From the NCBI GenBank assembly GCA_964016885.1, contig OZ024742.1, forward strand, positions 360,964,001 to 361,028,000: DNA of 64,000 nt, read 5' to 3'. The translations under genes were made by a program, and so were the position numbers. This stretch comes from Eledone cirrhosa. Taxonomy: Eukaryota. The notes beneath the pieces are model-generated. The model saw only the letters and a list, made by a program, of their open reading frames with translations. It searched no databases and had not been told where the DNA came from. Each line of letters begins with the position of its first letter. Position 1 is the stretch's first letter. Positions 43,366 through 59,076 of the stretch are shown piece by piece.

Positions 43366-43506
43366 CATATATATATACATATATATATATATAAATATAC
43401 ATATATATACATATATATATATACATACATATACATATATATATACATATATATATATATACATATATATATACATATATATATATACATACATATACAT
43501 ATATAC

Positions 43507-43537
<31 letters not shown>

Positions 43538-43652
43538 CATATATTTTTATATATATATATACATATATATATATATACATATATATATATACATATATAT
43601 ATATACATATATATATATATACATATATATATATACATACATATATATATAC

Positions 43653-43727
<75 letters not shown>

Positions 43728-43917
43728 CATATATATATACATATATATATACATATATATATATTCATATATATATACATATATATATAAATATATATAC
43801 ATATATATATATATACATATATATATATACATACATATATATATACATATATATATATATACATATATATATATACATACATATATATATACATATATAT
43901 ATACATATATATATATT

Positions 43918-43965
<48 letters not shown>

Positions 43966-44052
43966 CATATATATATACATATATATATACATATATATAT
44001 ATTCATATATATATATTCATATATATATACATATATATATAAATATATATAC

Positions 44053-44089
<37 letters not shown>

Positions 44090-44090
44090 C

Positions 44091-44183
<93 letters not shown>

Positions 44184-44230
44184 TATTTACATATATATAC
44201 ATCTATATATATATATACATATATATATAC

Positions 44231-44261
<31 letters not shown>

Positions 44262-44406
44262 CATATATATATATACATATACATATACATACATATATAT
44301 ACATATATATATATATATACATATATATATACATATATATATATATACGTATATATATATACATATATACATATATACATATATATATATATATAGATAG
44401 ATATAC

Positions 44407-44461
<55 letters not shown>

Positions 44462-44514
44462 CATATATATATACATATATATATATACGTATATATATAT
44501 ACATATATACATAT

Positions 44515-44549
<35 letters not shown>

Positions 44550-44556
44550 GATATAC

Positions 44557-44625
<69 letters not shown>

Positions 44626-45071
44626 CATATATATATACATATATATATATACATATACATATATATATACATATATATATATACATACATATACATATAT
44701 ATATACATATATATATATACATATATATATACATATATATATATACATACATATACATATATACATAGATATATATACATATATATATATATACATATAT
44801 TTTTATATATATATATACATGATTTCTAATGAATGAAACAGTTCTAGTCCTGTAGAATCTCATCTATATATATACATATATATATATACATATATATATA
44901 TACATATATATATATATACATATATATATATACATACATATATATATACATATATATATATATACATATATATATATACATACATATATATATATACATA
45001 TATATATACATATATATATACATATATATATATTCATATATATATATACATATATATATAAATATATATAC

Positions 45072-45108
<37 letters not shown>

Positions 45109-45109
45109 C

Positions 45110-45192
<83 letters not shown>

Positions 45193-45239
45193 TATTTACA
45201 TATATATACATATATATATATATATACATATATATATAC

Positions 45240-45272
<33 letters not shown>

Positions 45273-45373
45273 CATATATATATACATATACATATACATA
45301 CATATATATACATATATATATATATATACATATATATATACATATATATATATACGTATATATATATACATAT

Positions 45374-45404
<31 letters not shown>

Positions 45405-45411
45405 GATATAC

Positions 45412-45474
<63 letters not shown>

Positions 45475-45515
45475 CATATATATATACATATATATATATA
45501 CGTATATATATATAC

Positions 45516-45548
<33 letters not shown>

Positions 45549-45555
45549 GATATAC

Positions 45556-45592
<37 letters not shown>

Positions 45593-45687
45593 CATATATA
45601 TATACACATATATATATATATATACATATATATATACATATATATATATACATATACATATATATATACATATATATATATACATAC

Positions 45688-45728
<41 letters not shown>

Positions 45729-45767
45729 TATATACAAATATATATATACATACATATACATATATAC

Positions 45768-45814
<47 letters not shown>

Positions 45815-45863
45815 CATATATATATATACATATATATATATATACATATATATATATACATAC

Positions 45864-45910
<47 letters not shown>

Positions 45911-45975
45911 CATACATATATATATACATATATATATATATACATATATATATATACATACATATATATATATAC

Positions 45976-46012
<37 letters not shown>

Positions 46013-46015
46013 GAC

Positions 46016-46050
<35 letters not shown>

Positions 46051-46051
46051 C

Positions 46052-46086
<35 letters not shown>

Positions 46087-46166
46087 CATATATATATAAA
46101 TATATATACATATATATATATCTATACATATATATATATATATATACATATATATATACACACATA

Positions 46167-46197
<31 letters not shown>

Positions 46198-46210
46198 GTA
46201 TATACATATA

Positions 46211-46344
<134 letters not shown>

Positions 46345-46450
46345 ATATACATAAATATATATATATATATACATATATATTTACATATATATACATATAT
46401 ATATATATACATATATATATACATATATATATATATACATATATATATAC

Positions 46451-46481
<31 letters not shown>

Positions 46482-46540
46482 CATATATATATATACATAT
46501 ACATATACATACATATATATACATATATATATATATATAC

Positions 46541-46573
<33 letters not shown>

Positions 46574-46680
46574 CATATATATATACATATATATATATAC
46601 ATACATATACATATATATATACATATATATATATACATATATATATACATATATATATATACATACATATACATATATAC

Positions 46681-46713
<33 letters not shown>

Positions 46714-46768
46714 CATATATTTTTATATATATATATACATATATATATATATACATATATATATATAC

Positions 46769-46799
<31 letters not shown>

Positions 46800-46900
46800 C
46801 ATATATATATATACATACATATATATACATATATATATATATACATATATATATATACATACATATATCTATACATATATATATACATATTATATATACA

Positions 46901-46940
<40 letters not shown>

Positions 46941-47029
46941 CATACATATATATATACATATATATATACATATATATATACATATATATATATTCATATA
47001 TATATACATATATATATAAATATATATAC

Positions 47030-47064
<35 letters not shown>

Positions 47065-47067
47065 CAC

Positions 47068-47118
<51 letters not shown>

Positions 47119-47157
47119 CATATACATATATATATATACATATACATATATATATAC

Positions 47158-47189
<32 letters not shown>

Positions 47190-47319
47190 ATACATATATA
47201 TATACATATACATATATATACATATATATATATACATACATATACATATATATATACATATATATATACATATCCATATATATATACATATATATATATA
47301 CATACATATACATATATAC

Positions 47320-47350
<31 letters not shown>

Positions 47351-47416
47351 CATATATATTTATAATATATATATACATATATATATACATATATATATAT
47401 ACATATATATATATAC

Positions 47417-47455
<39 letters not shown>

Positions 47456-47456
47456 G

Positions 47457-47519
<63 letters not shown>

Positions 47520-47624
47520 GATGAGATTCTACAGGACTAGAACTGTTTCATTCATTAGAAATCATCAGGTATATATACACATATATATATACATATATAA
47601 ATATATACATATATAAATATATAC

Positions 47625-47743
<119 letters not shown>

Positions 47744-47796
47744 CATATATATATATACATATACATATATATATACATATATATATATACATATAC

Positions 47797-47829
<33 letters not shown>

Positions 47830-47993
47830 CTTATATATATATACATATATACTTATATATATATATATACATATATATATATACATATATATATACACAT
47901 ATATATGTACACACACATATATATATACACATATATATCTATACATATACATATATATATATATACACAGATATATAGGTGCTGGTATACATA

Positions 47994-49757
47994 GGTGCTC
48001 TTATAACTATATTGATATCGTCTACATTGTAGACGATATCAATATAGTTATAAGAACACCCCCACTAGAGAGCACTAACAAGTTTGATTTAGAACGTAGC
48101 ACGATGGAAAGCATCCAGCAGATAGCTAATTCCATACACCAGAGTATAACTGTAACTATCGACTTCCCTTCCAAACACCATAACAATAGACTACCTGTAT
48201 TAAACACAGAACTTTGGATTAATACTATGGACGAGAGCGCCCAAATTCTCCACTCACACTATGCTAAACCCATGGCCTCCAAATACATGATACTCTAAAA
48301 CTCAGCAATGTCCAGTAGTGCTAAATTTAATATTCTGATCGCAGATTTGGTACGAGTGATGAAGAATGTGTCCAGCATGTGCGAACCAACAGAAATGGAA
48401 AAACACATCCAACACTTCATCAACCGCATGCAGTTCTCTGGCTACAACCAAAGAGACAGAGTCAGAGTATATGAAGGAGCCATGGAAAAGTATAAGACCC
48501 TCATAGAACTGCACATGAAAGGAATTTGCCCACTATACAGGAGCAAATCATGGAATAGCTTAGATAGGGCTAGACATAAGATAGGGAAGGCCACATCATG
48601 GTACGACAACCAGAGATATCAGAGTGTCATGTTTGTGGACGGCACCCCTGGAGGGAAATTAGCTAACCAGTGTAGAAAGGCCCTGAGAAAGACCCACTTA
48701 AAAATAAAGGTGGTAGAAAAGCCAGGAACCACCATAAAATCCCTGATCAGCAAAACCTAGCCTTTGAAGAAAACCCACTGTACCAATAGGTAATGTATCA
48801 CATGTAAGGTGAACCCCCGGATAAACTGTAAAACTAGAAACGTAGTCTATAGCATAAGATGTACAGAGGGTACTTGCGGAAACATGACAACAACATACAT
48901 AGGTGAGACAGCTCGTAGCATAGGTGAAAGGATAGACCAACACTGGGGGGAACTAAAAGGACGAAAAAACGGGTCAGTACTATACGAACATGCTAGACAA
49001 CAACATGACGGTAACATAGACAACACAGAAATTAGAATAATATCTAAACATAGGAATGACCCAGCAGATAGGCAAATCAGAGAGGCCAGTGAAATAGAAA
49101 TTAGAAGACGAAAGCTAAACAGAAAGAATGAGTGGAACAACAACAACACCCAAACAAACAACACTGACCTAAGAGAAGTATAAATAAGTAAATAAAATAA
49201 AATAAAATAAGATAAATAAATACATACACAAGCACAATAACAACAAGCACATAAACACACACTAGTCACCCAGCAGACACAACACTATACACACTAGTCA
49301 CACAGCGCATATAACACTATACACACACGCAAACGCATGCGCAATGAAGACGAAATAAAATAAGATAAACAAACAAGCAAATAAATAAATAAATATATAG
49401 ACAGACTGAATAAAAAATGGCGTAGACATACAACACAACAGGAGGAACAATGAATATAACACCACTGACGATGTTGCAGATGTGCAACGAAAGATTTATG
49501 TAAATTATGTAAACTATATATATGTGTTTGTGTCTATATTGTATCTGTATTATTTTTGACCGCCGGTCAGTCAATGGCAAAATTGAGGACCGAGTGAGTT
49601 AGATCGCAGATATAAAAGACAGCGAGACGCGAAAACCAACCAAACAGTGAGTGTGTTCTGTTATTAATTCTGGCAATATTACGCAAATATGACCCTCCCC
49701 AAGTATAAAAATATCTGTTTCGACACACGATTTCATATAAAAAACCTCGCTAAACTA
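47994..49757 (+). pseudogene. Penelope-like element of a second type, 5'-truncated at the RT (Y)VDD motif, with in-frame stops
   Basis: One frame from 48029 (VDDINIV) through HYAKP..SA, a Cys-rich linker and NVVYSIRC..C..YIGETAR..ER..QH to 49183. Stops at 48296, 48758 and 48791. Hammerhead core at 49465-49492 (CTGACGA t gttgca gatg tgcaac GAAA). 3' end related to family B. Confidence 0.85.
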
Positions 49758-49822
49758 ATATATATATATATATTCTCATATATATATATATATACATATA
49801 TACATATATACATATCTATATT

Positions 49823-49904
<82 letters not shown>

Positions 49905-49951
49905 CATATATACATATATACATATCTATATTTACATATATATATATATAT

Positions 49952-51101
49952 CATTTTATGTCCTAAATGCAAAGTATGGGTGCATAAAAGATGTAGTGGG
50001 ATCACAGGTAAGCTAACTAAGAACATAGATTTTACATGTGGCCGGTGCTCTGGTGCAATAAGTAGCAGCAAGTGCCCACAAAATACTAGCTCTTTCAATT
50101 GCGCAGAGGGTTCTATAGAAATAGTGGACAGCTTCCGCTACCTGGGCGATAAAATCAGCAGTGGGGGAGGGTGCTCTGAAAGTACTGTAGCTAGAGTCAG
50201 AACTGGTTGGAAAAAGTTCAGAGAGCTTATACCACTATTAGCTGCTAAAGGGTTCTCCCTAAAAATGAAAGGCAGGTTGTACGATGCCTGCATACGAACA
50301 GCAATGCTGCATGGCAGTGAGACCTGGGCATTGTGTGCAGAGGATATACGCAGACTAGAGAGGAACGAAGCTTGCATGCTCCGCTGGATGTGTAACAGTA
50401 ATATACGGGAACGGCAAAGCATAAACGAACTAAGGAAAAAATTAGAGATAAGAGGGATCAGATGTTGTTTACTCGAGAGAAGGCTACGTTGGTATGGACA
50501 CGTGATGCGCATGGAAGTCGATAGCTGTATAACAAAGTGCAGGGCAATAAAGATAGACGGTAGTCACGGAATAGGCAGACCTAGAAAAACCTGGGACGAG
50601 CTGATAAACTCCGACATCACACACTTACACCTCTCCAAGACAATGTCACTGGACCGAGACCTTTGGCGGTACTCAGTAACAGAGAAGACCCGCCTTACCT
50701 AAATATATAGTAAAACCTACTCCAGCCAGTAGGCATCTCTAACAAAATACACCCCGTCCCACCACCACCACCCCACCCCATCCACACCACCCCGTTCTAT
50801 GTAAAGTCATGTTGGTGCCGCGCCATCGAGGCCGAAACAAATGAGATCGTGTAGGTGTCACGACAAAAAAACACACAGTCCACGCTGTAATGTGGCCGTG
50901 TAGGCAACACGGTAAAAACCTCCCAGACCCACACTGTAAATGTGGTTGGTGTTAGGAAGGGCATCCAACTGTAGAAAACCTGCCAGACAGTCCTATGCGA
51001 GCAAGACAATCACTCTTGCCTCAAGTGGGACTACCCCCGTCCAAACCCATGCAAGCGTGGAACACGGACGTTAAACGTTGATGATGATGATGATGATGAT
51101 G
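49952..51101 (+). mobile_element. RTE-clade LINE, 5'-truncated
   Basis: C-terminal RTE ORF to 50702, 3' UTR, (GAT)n tail. Confidence 0.92.
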
Positions 51102-51136
51102 ATATACATATATATATATATACATATATATATATT

Positions 51137-51174
<38 letters not shown>

Positions 51175-51288
51175 TATATACATATCTATATTTACATATA
51201 TATATATATATTCTCATATATATATATATATAAATATATACATATCTATATTTACATATATATATATATATTCTCCCCGACAATATCA

Positions 51289-53511
51289 AGGAAAACCGTG
51301 ATATTGTCGGGGAGAAGTGTGTGCTTAACGATGATGGCATACTTGCCATCACCGACGCTGATAAGAAGGTAGCTTGGAAGTGTCACTACGAAAGGCTTCT
51401 AAATGAGGAGAACAAATGGGAGAAAGACAGTCTCCCCCACATCGACCCAATAGAGGGACCAGCAGTGTTAGTCCAGGGTAGTACAATAAGCAAGGCAATC
51501 AAAGATATGAAGACGGGTAAGGCGGCTGGTCCTTCGGAAATAGTTGCTGAGATGCTGAAGGCATCTGGTTCGGTGGGACACACCATGGTCACCCGGATAG
51601 TTAACCAAGTCGTACAGAATGGGGTTGTTCCGAAGGACTGGCGTAGCAGCATCATCGTTAACTGCTATAAGGGAAAAGGAGATGCCCTAGATAGGAGTAA
51701 CTATAGAGGCATTAAATTAATCGACCAGGTCATGAAGGTCACGGAAAAAGTAATAGCGCAACTAATCAGAGAGAGAATTGATCTAGATGAAATGCAGTTC
51801 GGATTTGTGTCAGGCAAAAGTACCACAGACGCTCTTTTCATTGTACGACAACTACAGGAGAAGTACCTAGCTAAAAGTAAACCCCTATACTTAGCTTTCG
51901 TCGACTTGGAGAAAGCCTTAGACAGAGTCCCCCGTTCCATTATCTGGTGGTCTCTTAGAAAACTAGGTGTTGACGAATGGCTTGTGAGAGCTATACAAGC
52001 CATGTATAAAGAAACAGTCAGTAAGGTTAGAATTAACAACGAATATAGTGAAGAGTTTAGCGTAAAATTTGGTGTCCATCAGGGCTCTGTTCTTAGCCCC
52101 CTACTATTTATTATTGCCCTTCAGGCTATAACAGAGGAGTTCAAGACCGGCTGCCCATGGGAACTCCTATACGCAGATGATCTAACGCTCATAGCTGAAT
52201 CAATGACCGAACTAGAGAAGAAATTCCAAACATGGAAGCACGGCCTAGAATCAAAAGGCCTTAAAATTAACCTGGTTAAGACTAAAGTTCTAGTTTGTAG
52301 GAAAGAAAATAAGGCGGCAGTCCCATCTGGGAAATGGCCATGCTCAGTGTGTAGGAAAGGCGTAGGTAGAAACTCCATTTTATGTCCCAAATGCAAAGTA
52401 TGGGTGCATAAAAGATGTAGTGGGATCACAGGTAAGCTAACTAAGAACATAGTTTTACATGTGGCCGGTGCTCTGGTGCAATATGTAGCAGCAAGTGCCC
52501 ACAAAATACTAGCTCCTTCAACTGCGCAGAGGGTTCTATAGAAATAGTGGACAGCTTCCGTTACCTGGGTGACAAAATCAGCAGCGGGGGAGGGTGCTCT
52601 GAAAGTACAGTAGCTAGAGTCAGAACTGGATGGAAAAAGTTCAGAGAGCTTATACCACTATTAGCTGCTAAAGGGTTCTCCCTAAAAATGAAAGGCAGGT
52701 TGTATGATGCCTGCATACGAACAGCAATGCTGCATGGCAGTGAGACCTGGGCATTGTGTGCAGAGGATATACGCAGACTAGAGAGGAACGAATCTTGCAT
52801 GCTCCGCTGGATGTGCAATAGTAATATACATGAACGGCAAAGCATAAACGAACTAAGGAAAAAATTAAAAATAAGAAGGATCAGCTGTTGTTTACTCGAG
52901 AGAAGACTACGTTGGTACGGTCACGTGATGCGCATGAAATACGACAGTTGTATAACAAAGTGCAGGGCAATAAAGATAGACGGTAGCCACGGAGTAGGCA
53001 GACCCAGAAAAACATGGGACGAGCTGACAAATTCCGACCTCACACGCTTACACCTCTCCAAGACAATGTCACTGGACCGAGACCTTTGGCGGTACTCAGT
53101 AATAGAGAAGACCCGCCTTACCTAAATACAAAGTAAAAACCTACTACAGTCAGTAGGCATCTCTATCAACCCCCCCCCCCCCGTCCCACCACCTCCACCC
53201 CATCCACACCGCCCCTTTCAATGTACAGTTATGTTGGTCCCACAACATCCAGGCCGAAACAAATGAGATTGTGTAGGTGTCACGTCAAAAAACACACAGT
53301 CCACGCTGTAAATGTGGCCGTGTAGGCAACACGGTAAAAACCTCCCAGCCCCACACTGTAAATGTGGTTGGTGTTAGGAAGGGCATCCAACTGTAGAAAA
53401 CCCGCCAGACAGTCCTATGCGAGCAAGACAATCACTCTTGCCTCAAGTGGGAAAACCCCCGTCCAAACCCATGCAAGCGTGGAACACGGACGCTAAATCG
53501 GATGATGATGA
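51289..53511 (+). mobile_element. RTE-clade LINE with RT domain, 5'-truncated, frameshifted
   Basis: NYRGIKL, QFGF, FVDLEKA, GVHQGSVLSPLLF, LYADD in 51321-52541. Frameshift near 52452, continuing to 53125; (GAT)n tail. Flanked by repeated catatctatatttacatatatat (TSD-like). Confidence 0.95.
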
Positions 53512-53674
53512 TATATATATATATACATATCTATATTTACATATATATATATATGTATATATATACATATATATATATACATATATATATATATGTATAT
53601 ATATACATATATATATATACATTTATATATATATATATATATGCATATATATACATATATATATATATATATGC

Positions 53675-53715
<41 letters not shown>

Positions 53716-53730
53716 CATATATATACATAC

Positions 53731-53775
<45 letters not shown>

Positions 53776-54090
53776 CTATATATATAGACATAGATATATA
53801 CATATATGTATATACTATATATATAAGTATATATATATATATAATATATATAATATACATATATATATATAATAGCGAGGGCCTATGCCTCTGTTAACTT
53901 ATTGTGGTATATATACGTATATATATATATACATATATATATATACATATATATATACATATATATATATTTATATATATATACATATATATATAAATAT
54001 ATATACATTCATATATATATACATATATATATAAATATATATACATATATTTATATATATACATATATATATATATACATATATATATAC

Positions 54091-54123
<33 letters not shown>

Positions 54124-54256
54124 CATATATATATACATATATATAGATATATATACATATATATATATACATATATATATATACATATAAATATATATAT
54201 ATATATACATATACATATAAATATATATATATATATACATATACACATATATATAC

Positions 54257-54288
<32 letters not shown>

Positions 54289-54364
54289 ATACATATATAA
54301 ATATATATTCATATACATATATATATACATATATATATATACATACATATACATATATATATAC

Positions 54365-54396
<32 letters not shown>

Positions 54397-54442
54397 ATAC
54401 ATATATATATATACATACATATACATATATACATATATATAT

Positions 54443-54481
<39 letters not shown>

Positions 54482-54539
54482 TATTTATAACTTTGAATAA
54501 CTTTGAAATGTTTTGGCCAGTATTGGCCCAGGCCATGTC

Positions 54540-55320
54540 TAACTTAATAGCACCACCTGGCGAAGTCTTTCAATTCAGGATTTGGGCACCATGGCCCATT
54601 CGAGAAGAGAATTACTGTTTGCGGAGACATATCCGGGTGTGGGTGGTTTGTCCGGGATTACTTGGAGGAATTTGTCCAAAGACTTCTTGAATTTTGTGTG
54701 GTCAGTTTCTGTTTTGACGTGTCCTGGTGTGATGTTGAAGAGAGCAGGGCCGATTGAGGTGAAATAATTGTGCCGTATTGTTGTTATGAGTTGCGATTTA
54801 GATTTTTGAATGGGACGGATAGCACGGGGCCCAAGCCTTGGGTGTATCTTGAAGGCGATGCCAACATCATTTGGGCAGTGATGATGGAACATTTTCCACA
54901 TCATGCAGATAATATAACGCTCACGGCGACGTTGGAGTGAGTAAAGTTTCAGGTTTTCTAATCGACCCCAGTAGTCAAGGTCTGACATGCCATCTATCTT
55001 TTTCGTGATTGCCCTTTGAGGAGCTTCAAGTTTCATGATACTTTGTTTCGTGTGGGGGAGACCACAGTGGACAACAGTATTCAAGGTGTGGTCGGGCGAA
55101 AGTAGAGAAGAGAAGGATAATGGTGCGGGAATCTCTCGACTGGAAGGTTCTGAGGATCCAGGAACACATTCTGCGGGCCATGTCAACTTTGCTGCTTATA
55201 TGCGTGGTCCAGCTTATATTGCTGTCCACGGTTACTCCCAAGTCTCTGATGTTGTTAGATGCCACGAGAGTTTCCCCGGAGGGAAGGGAGTACGGGAGTT
55301 TCAGAGCATCCTCTTTTCCA
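54540..55320 (-). mobile_element. CR1-type LINE 3' fragment, frameshifted
   Basis: [12 protein letters not shown] and [13 protein letters not shown], then a frameshift to [13 protein letters not shown] and LKLYSLQRRRER. Confidence 0.85.
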
Positions 55321-55411
55321 AATATATATATATATATACCTATATATTTATATATATATATACATATATATATATACATATGACCCTCCCCAAGTATAAC
55401 AATATATGTAT

Positions 55412-55488
<77 letters not shown>

Positions 55489-55493
<5 letters not shown>

Positions 55494-55784
55494 ATCATTA
55501 TGTAATAAACAACATAAGGCAATTATTCCATTTACCAGTGGTTTCTTAAAAGCAAAAGGTTTTGCTTTCAATCCTCAGAATGAAAAATCCTGGTTTGTTT
55601 ATTGAATATGGATTCTAAAAACAAAAATGCAATCTATATGAAAGTGAGGCTGGAAAAGGGAGAAGGAAAGGAAAAATAAAATAAAACTACACATGCAAAC
55701 ACACACAAAAAAACACAAAAGCATACTTACACACACATACATATATACACATATATATAAATGCACGCATACACATATACATAT

Positions 55785-55830
<46 letters not shown>

Positions 55831-55962
55831 AACGTACACCTACACACACATACACATATATACACACATATACACATACATATATTCATTCATACACACA
55901 CACATATACACACATACACACACACACACAAACACACACATATATATACACATGTACATATC

Positions 55963-56000
<38 letters not shown>

Positions 56001-56426
56001 TACATATATACACATATACATACACACACACACACACACACATGTGTGTGTACAAGCATACACATACACACACACATATATATACACACACATACATACA
56101 TTCACACAAACATACAACGTACATAGATACACATACATGAATGCACTCCACTACATATTAACACACGCAAATAAATATAAGAAAAATATATATAAATATA
56201 TATTAACAAATTTTTGACAGCGATACATGCCCCAGCTAACAGGACAGACACGCGTGGTAAGTAATACACACATAAGCACATATACATACGTTCGAAATAG
56301 TAAACACATACACACACTCTCACACATAAATATACATATACAAATACATAAACACGTACATACACATACATACACAAACACGTACACGTATACAATATAA
56401 ACATACACATGTATATGTAATTATAT

Positions 56427-56465
<39 letters not shown>

Positions 56466-57060
56466 CATACAAAATATAAAAATAAAAAAATATAAACGCA
56501 CACACACATATAAATACGTAAACACACATATACATACATAGCTAAACAATTATACACATGCAAATACGTATATATCAAAAGAACGCACAACCAAATACAA
56601 ACACACACACATATATATACACCCACATCCACCCACACACAAACCCACACATACATAAAAATAAATAATACACACGCACACATATACATACATACACATA
56701 CATATACATATATACATATACATACATATATATACACATACATATATAAATATATATATATATATACACACATACACGTACACATACACACATGCATACA
56801 CATACACACACACATATACATGTGTGTATGTGTAAAGCTCAGTATTAGATAAGACAAATGAACCTTACATAAACGTATATATAGTAGTAAAGTAATAAAG
56901 CCATACAAGGCAATTAATCCATTCACCAGAGGTTTCTTAAAAGCAAAAAAAGTTTCCTTCAATCTTCAGAATGAAAAAAACCTGGTTTATCCACATATAC
57001 ATACATATACACACACAAAATTACAAATATATACACACATACAGACACGCACACACACAC

Positions 57061-57097
<37 letters not shown>

Positions 57098-57907
57098 CAG
57101 ACATATATACATACATATATATACACATACACATATATATACATACATACATACATATATATATACATACACAAACATATACGTACACATATACATATAT
57201 ACACACAAAAATACATACACATACACATAGGTATGTGAAGGGCAAAACAAAAAGTATATATGGGGGGGGGGGGGCCAAGAGGAGGTAAAAATATAAGGGG
57301 AGGTACCCTTTGGTACTCCCTCGAAAGGTCTAATATAGACCAATCAATAGAGTACGGGATATTACTATCCTTGAGATCCCATACCTTACTTGCGAGGGCC
57401 GTGGATGTTCGTTTATCTGAGTGTTTAAAAGAAGCGACAAGGGGCACAAAGAATTGTTCTTTGTGTACCACAGAAAAGTATAGGATTTTGCTAAACTTGA
57501 GAGACACTTCCGCTTGCCTTAACTCTAAGACTGAGATCTTCAGATGCTGTCCTCATCTGAAATCGCATCTGATCTGTAACTGGATTGACACTCCTACGAT
57601 AAATCAACCGCCTTGAACTCCTTCTCTGCTCTTTACTTTTGCTACGGTTTTTATTTTGCTGCTTCTACCTTCTGTACTCTTGTATATTTAAAATTTTTTT
57701 CTCCCTACCTCCCCTTATATTTTTACCTCCTCTTGGCCCCCCCCCCCATATATTCTTTTTGTTTTGCCCTTCACATACCTATGTGTATGTGTATGTATTT
57801 TTGTGTGTATATATGTATATGTGTACGTATATGTTTGTGTATGTATATATATATGTATGTATGTATATATATGTGTATGTGTATATATATGTATGTATAT
57901 ATGTCTG

Positions 57908-57971
<64 letters not shown>

Positions 57972-58563
57972 CGTGTCTGTATGTGTGTATATATTTGTAA
58001 TTTTGTGTGTGTATATGTATGTATATGTGGATAAACCAGGTTTTTTTCATTCTAAAGATTGAAGGAAACTTTTTTAGCTTTTAAGAAACCTCTGGTGAAT
58101 GGATTAATTGCCTTGTATGGCTTTATTACTTTACTACTATATATACGTTTATGTAAGGTTCATTTGTCTTATCTAATACTGAGCTTTACACATACACACA
58201 TGTATATGTGTGTGTGTATGTGTATGCATGTGTGTATGTGTACGTGTATGTGTGTATATATATATATATATTTATATATGTATGTGTATATATATGTATG
58301 TATATGTATATATGTATATATGTATATGTATGTGTATGTATGTATATGTGTGCGTGTGTATTTATTTATTTTTATGTATGTGTGGGTTTGTGTGTGGGTG
58401 TGTATGTGTGTATATATATGTGTGTGTGTTTGTATTTGGTTGTGCGTTCTTTTGATATATACGTATTTGCATGTGTATAATTGTTTAGCTATGTATGTAT
58501 ATGTGTGTTTACGTATTTATATGTGTGTGCGTTTATATTTTTTTATTTTTATATTTTTGTATG

Positions 58564-58594
<31 letters not shown>

Positions 58595-59022
58595 GTGTGT
58601 GTGTGTGTATATAATTACATATACATGTGTGTGTTTATATTGTATACGTGTACGTGTTTGTGTATGTATGTGTATGTACGTGTTTATGTATTTGTATATG
58701 TATATTTATGTGTGAGAGTGTGTGTATGTGTTTACTATTTCGAACGTATGTATGTGTGTGTATATATATGTGTGTGTGTATGTGTATGCTTGTACACACA
58801 CATGTGTGTGTGTGTGTGTGTGTGTATGTATATGTGTATATATGTATATATGTATATATATATATATATATATATGTATGGATATGTACATGTGTATATA
58901 TATGTGTGTGTGTATGTGTGTGTGTGTATGTGTGTATATATGTGTGTGTGTGTGTGTGTATGCATGAATATATGTATGTGTATATGTGTGTATATATGTG
59001 TATGTGTGTGTAGGTGTACGTT

Positions 59023-59076
<54 letters not shown>

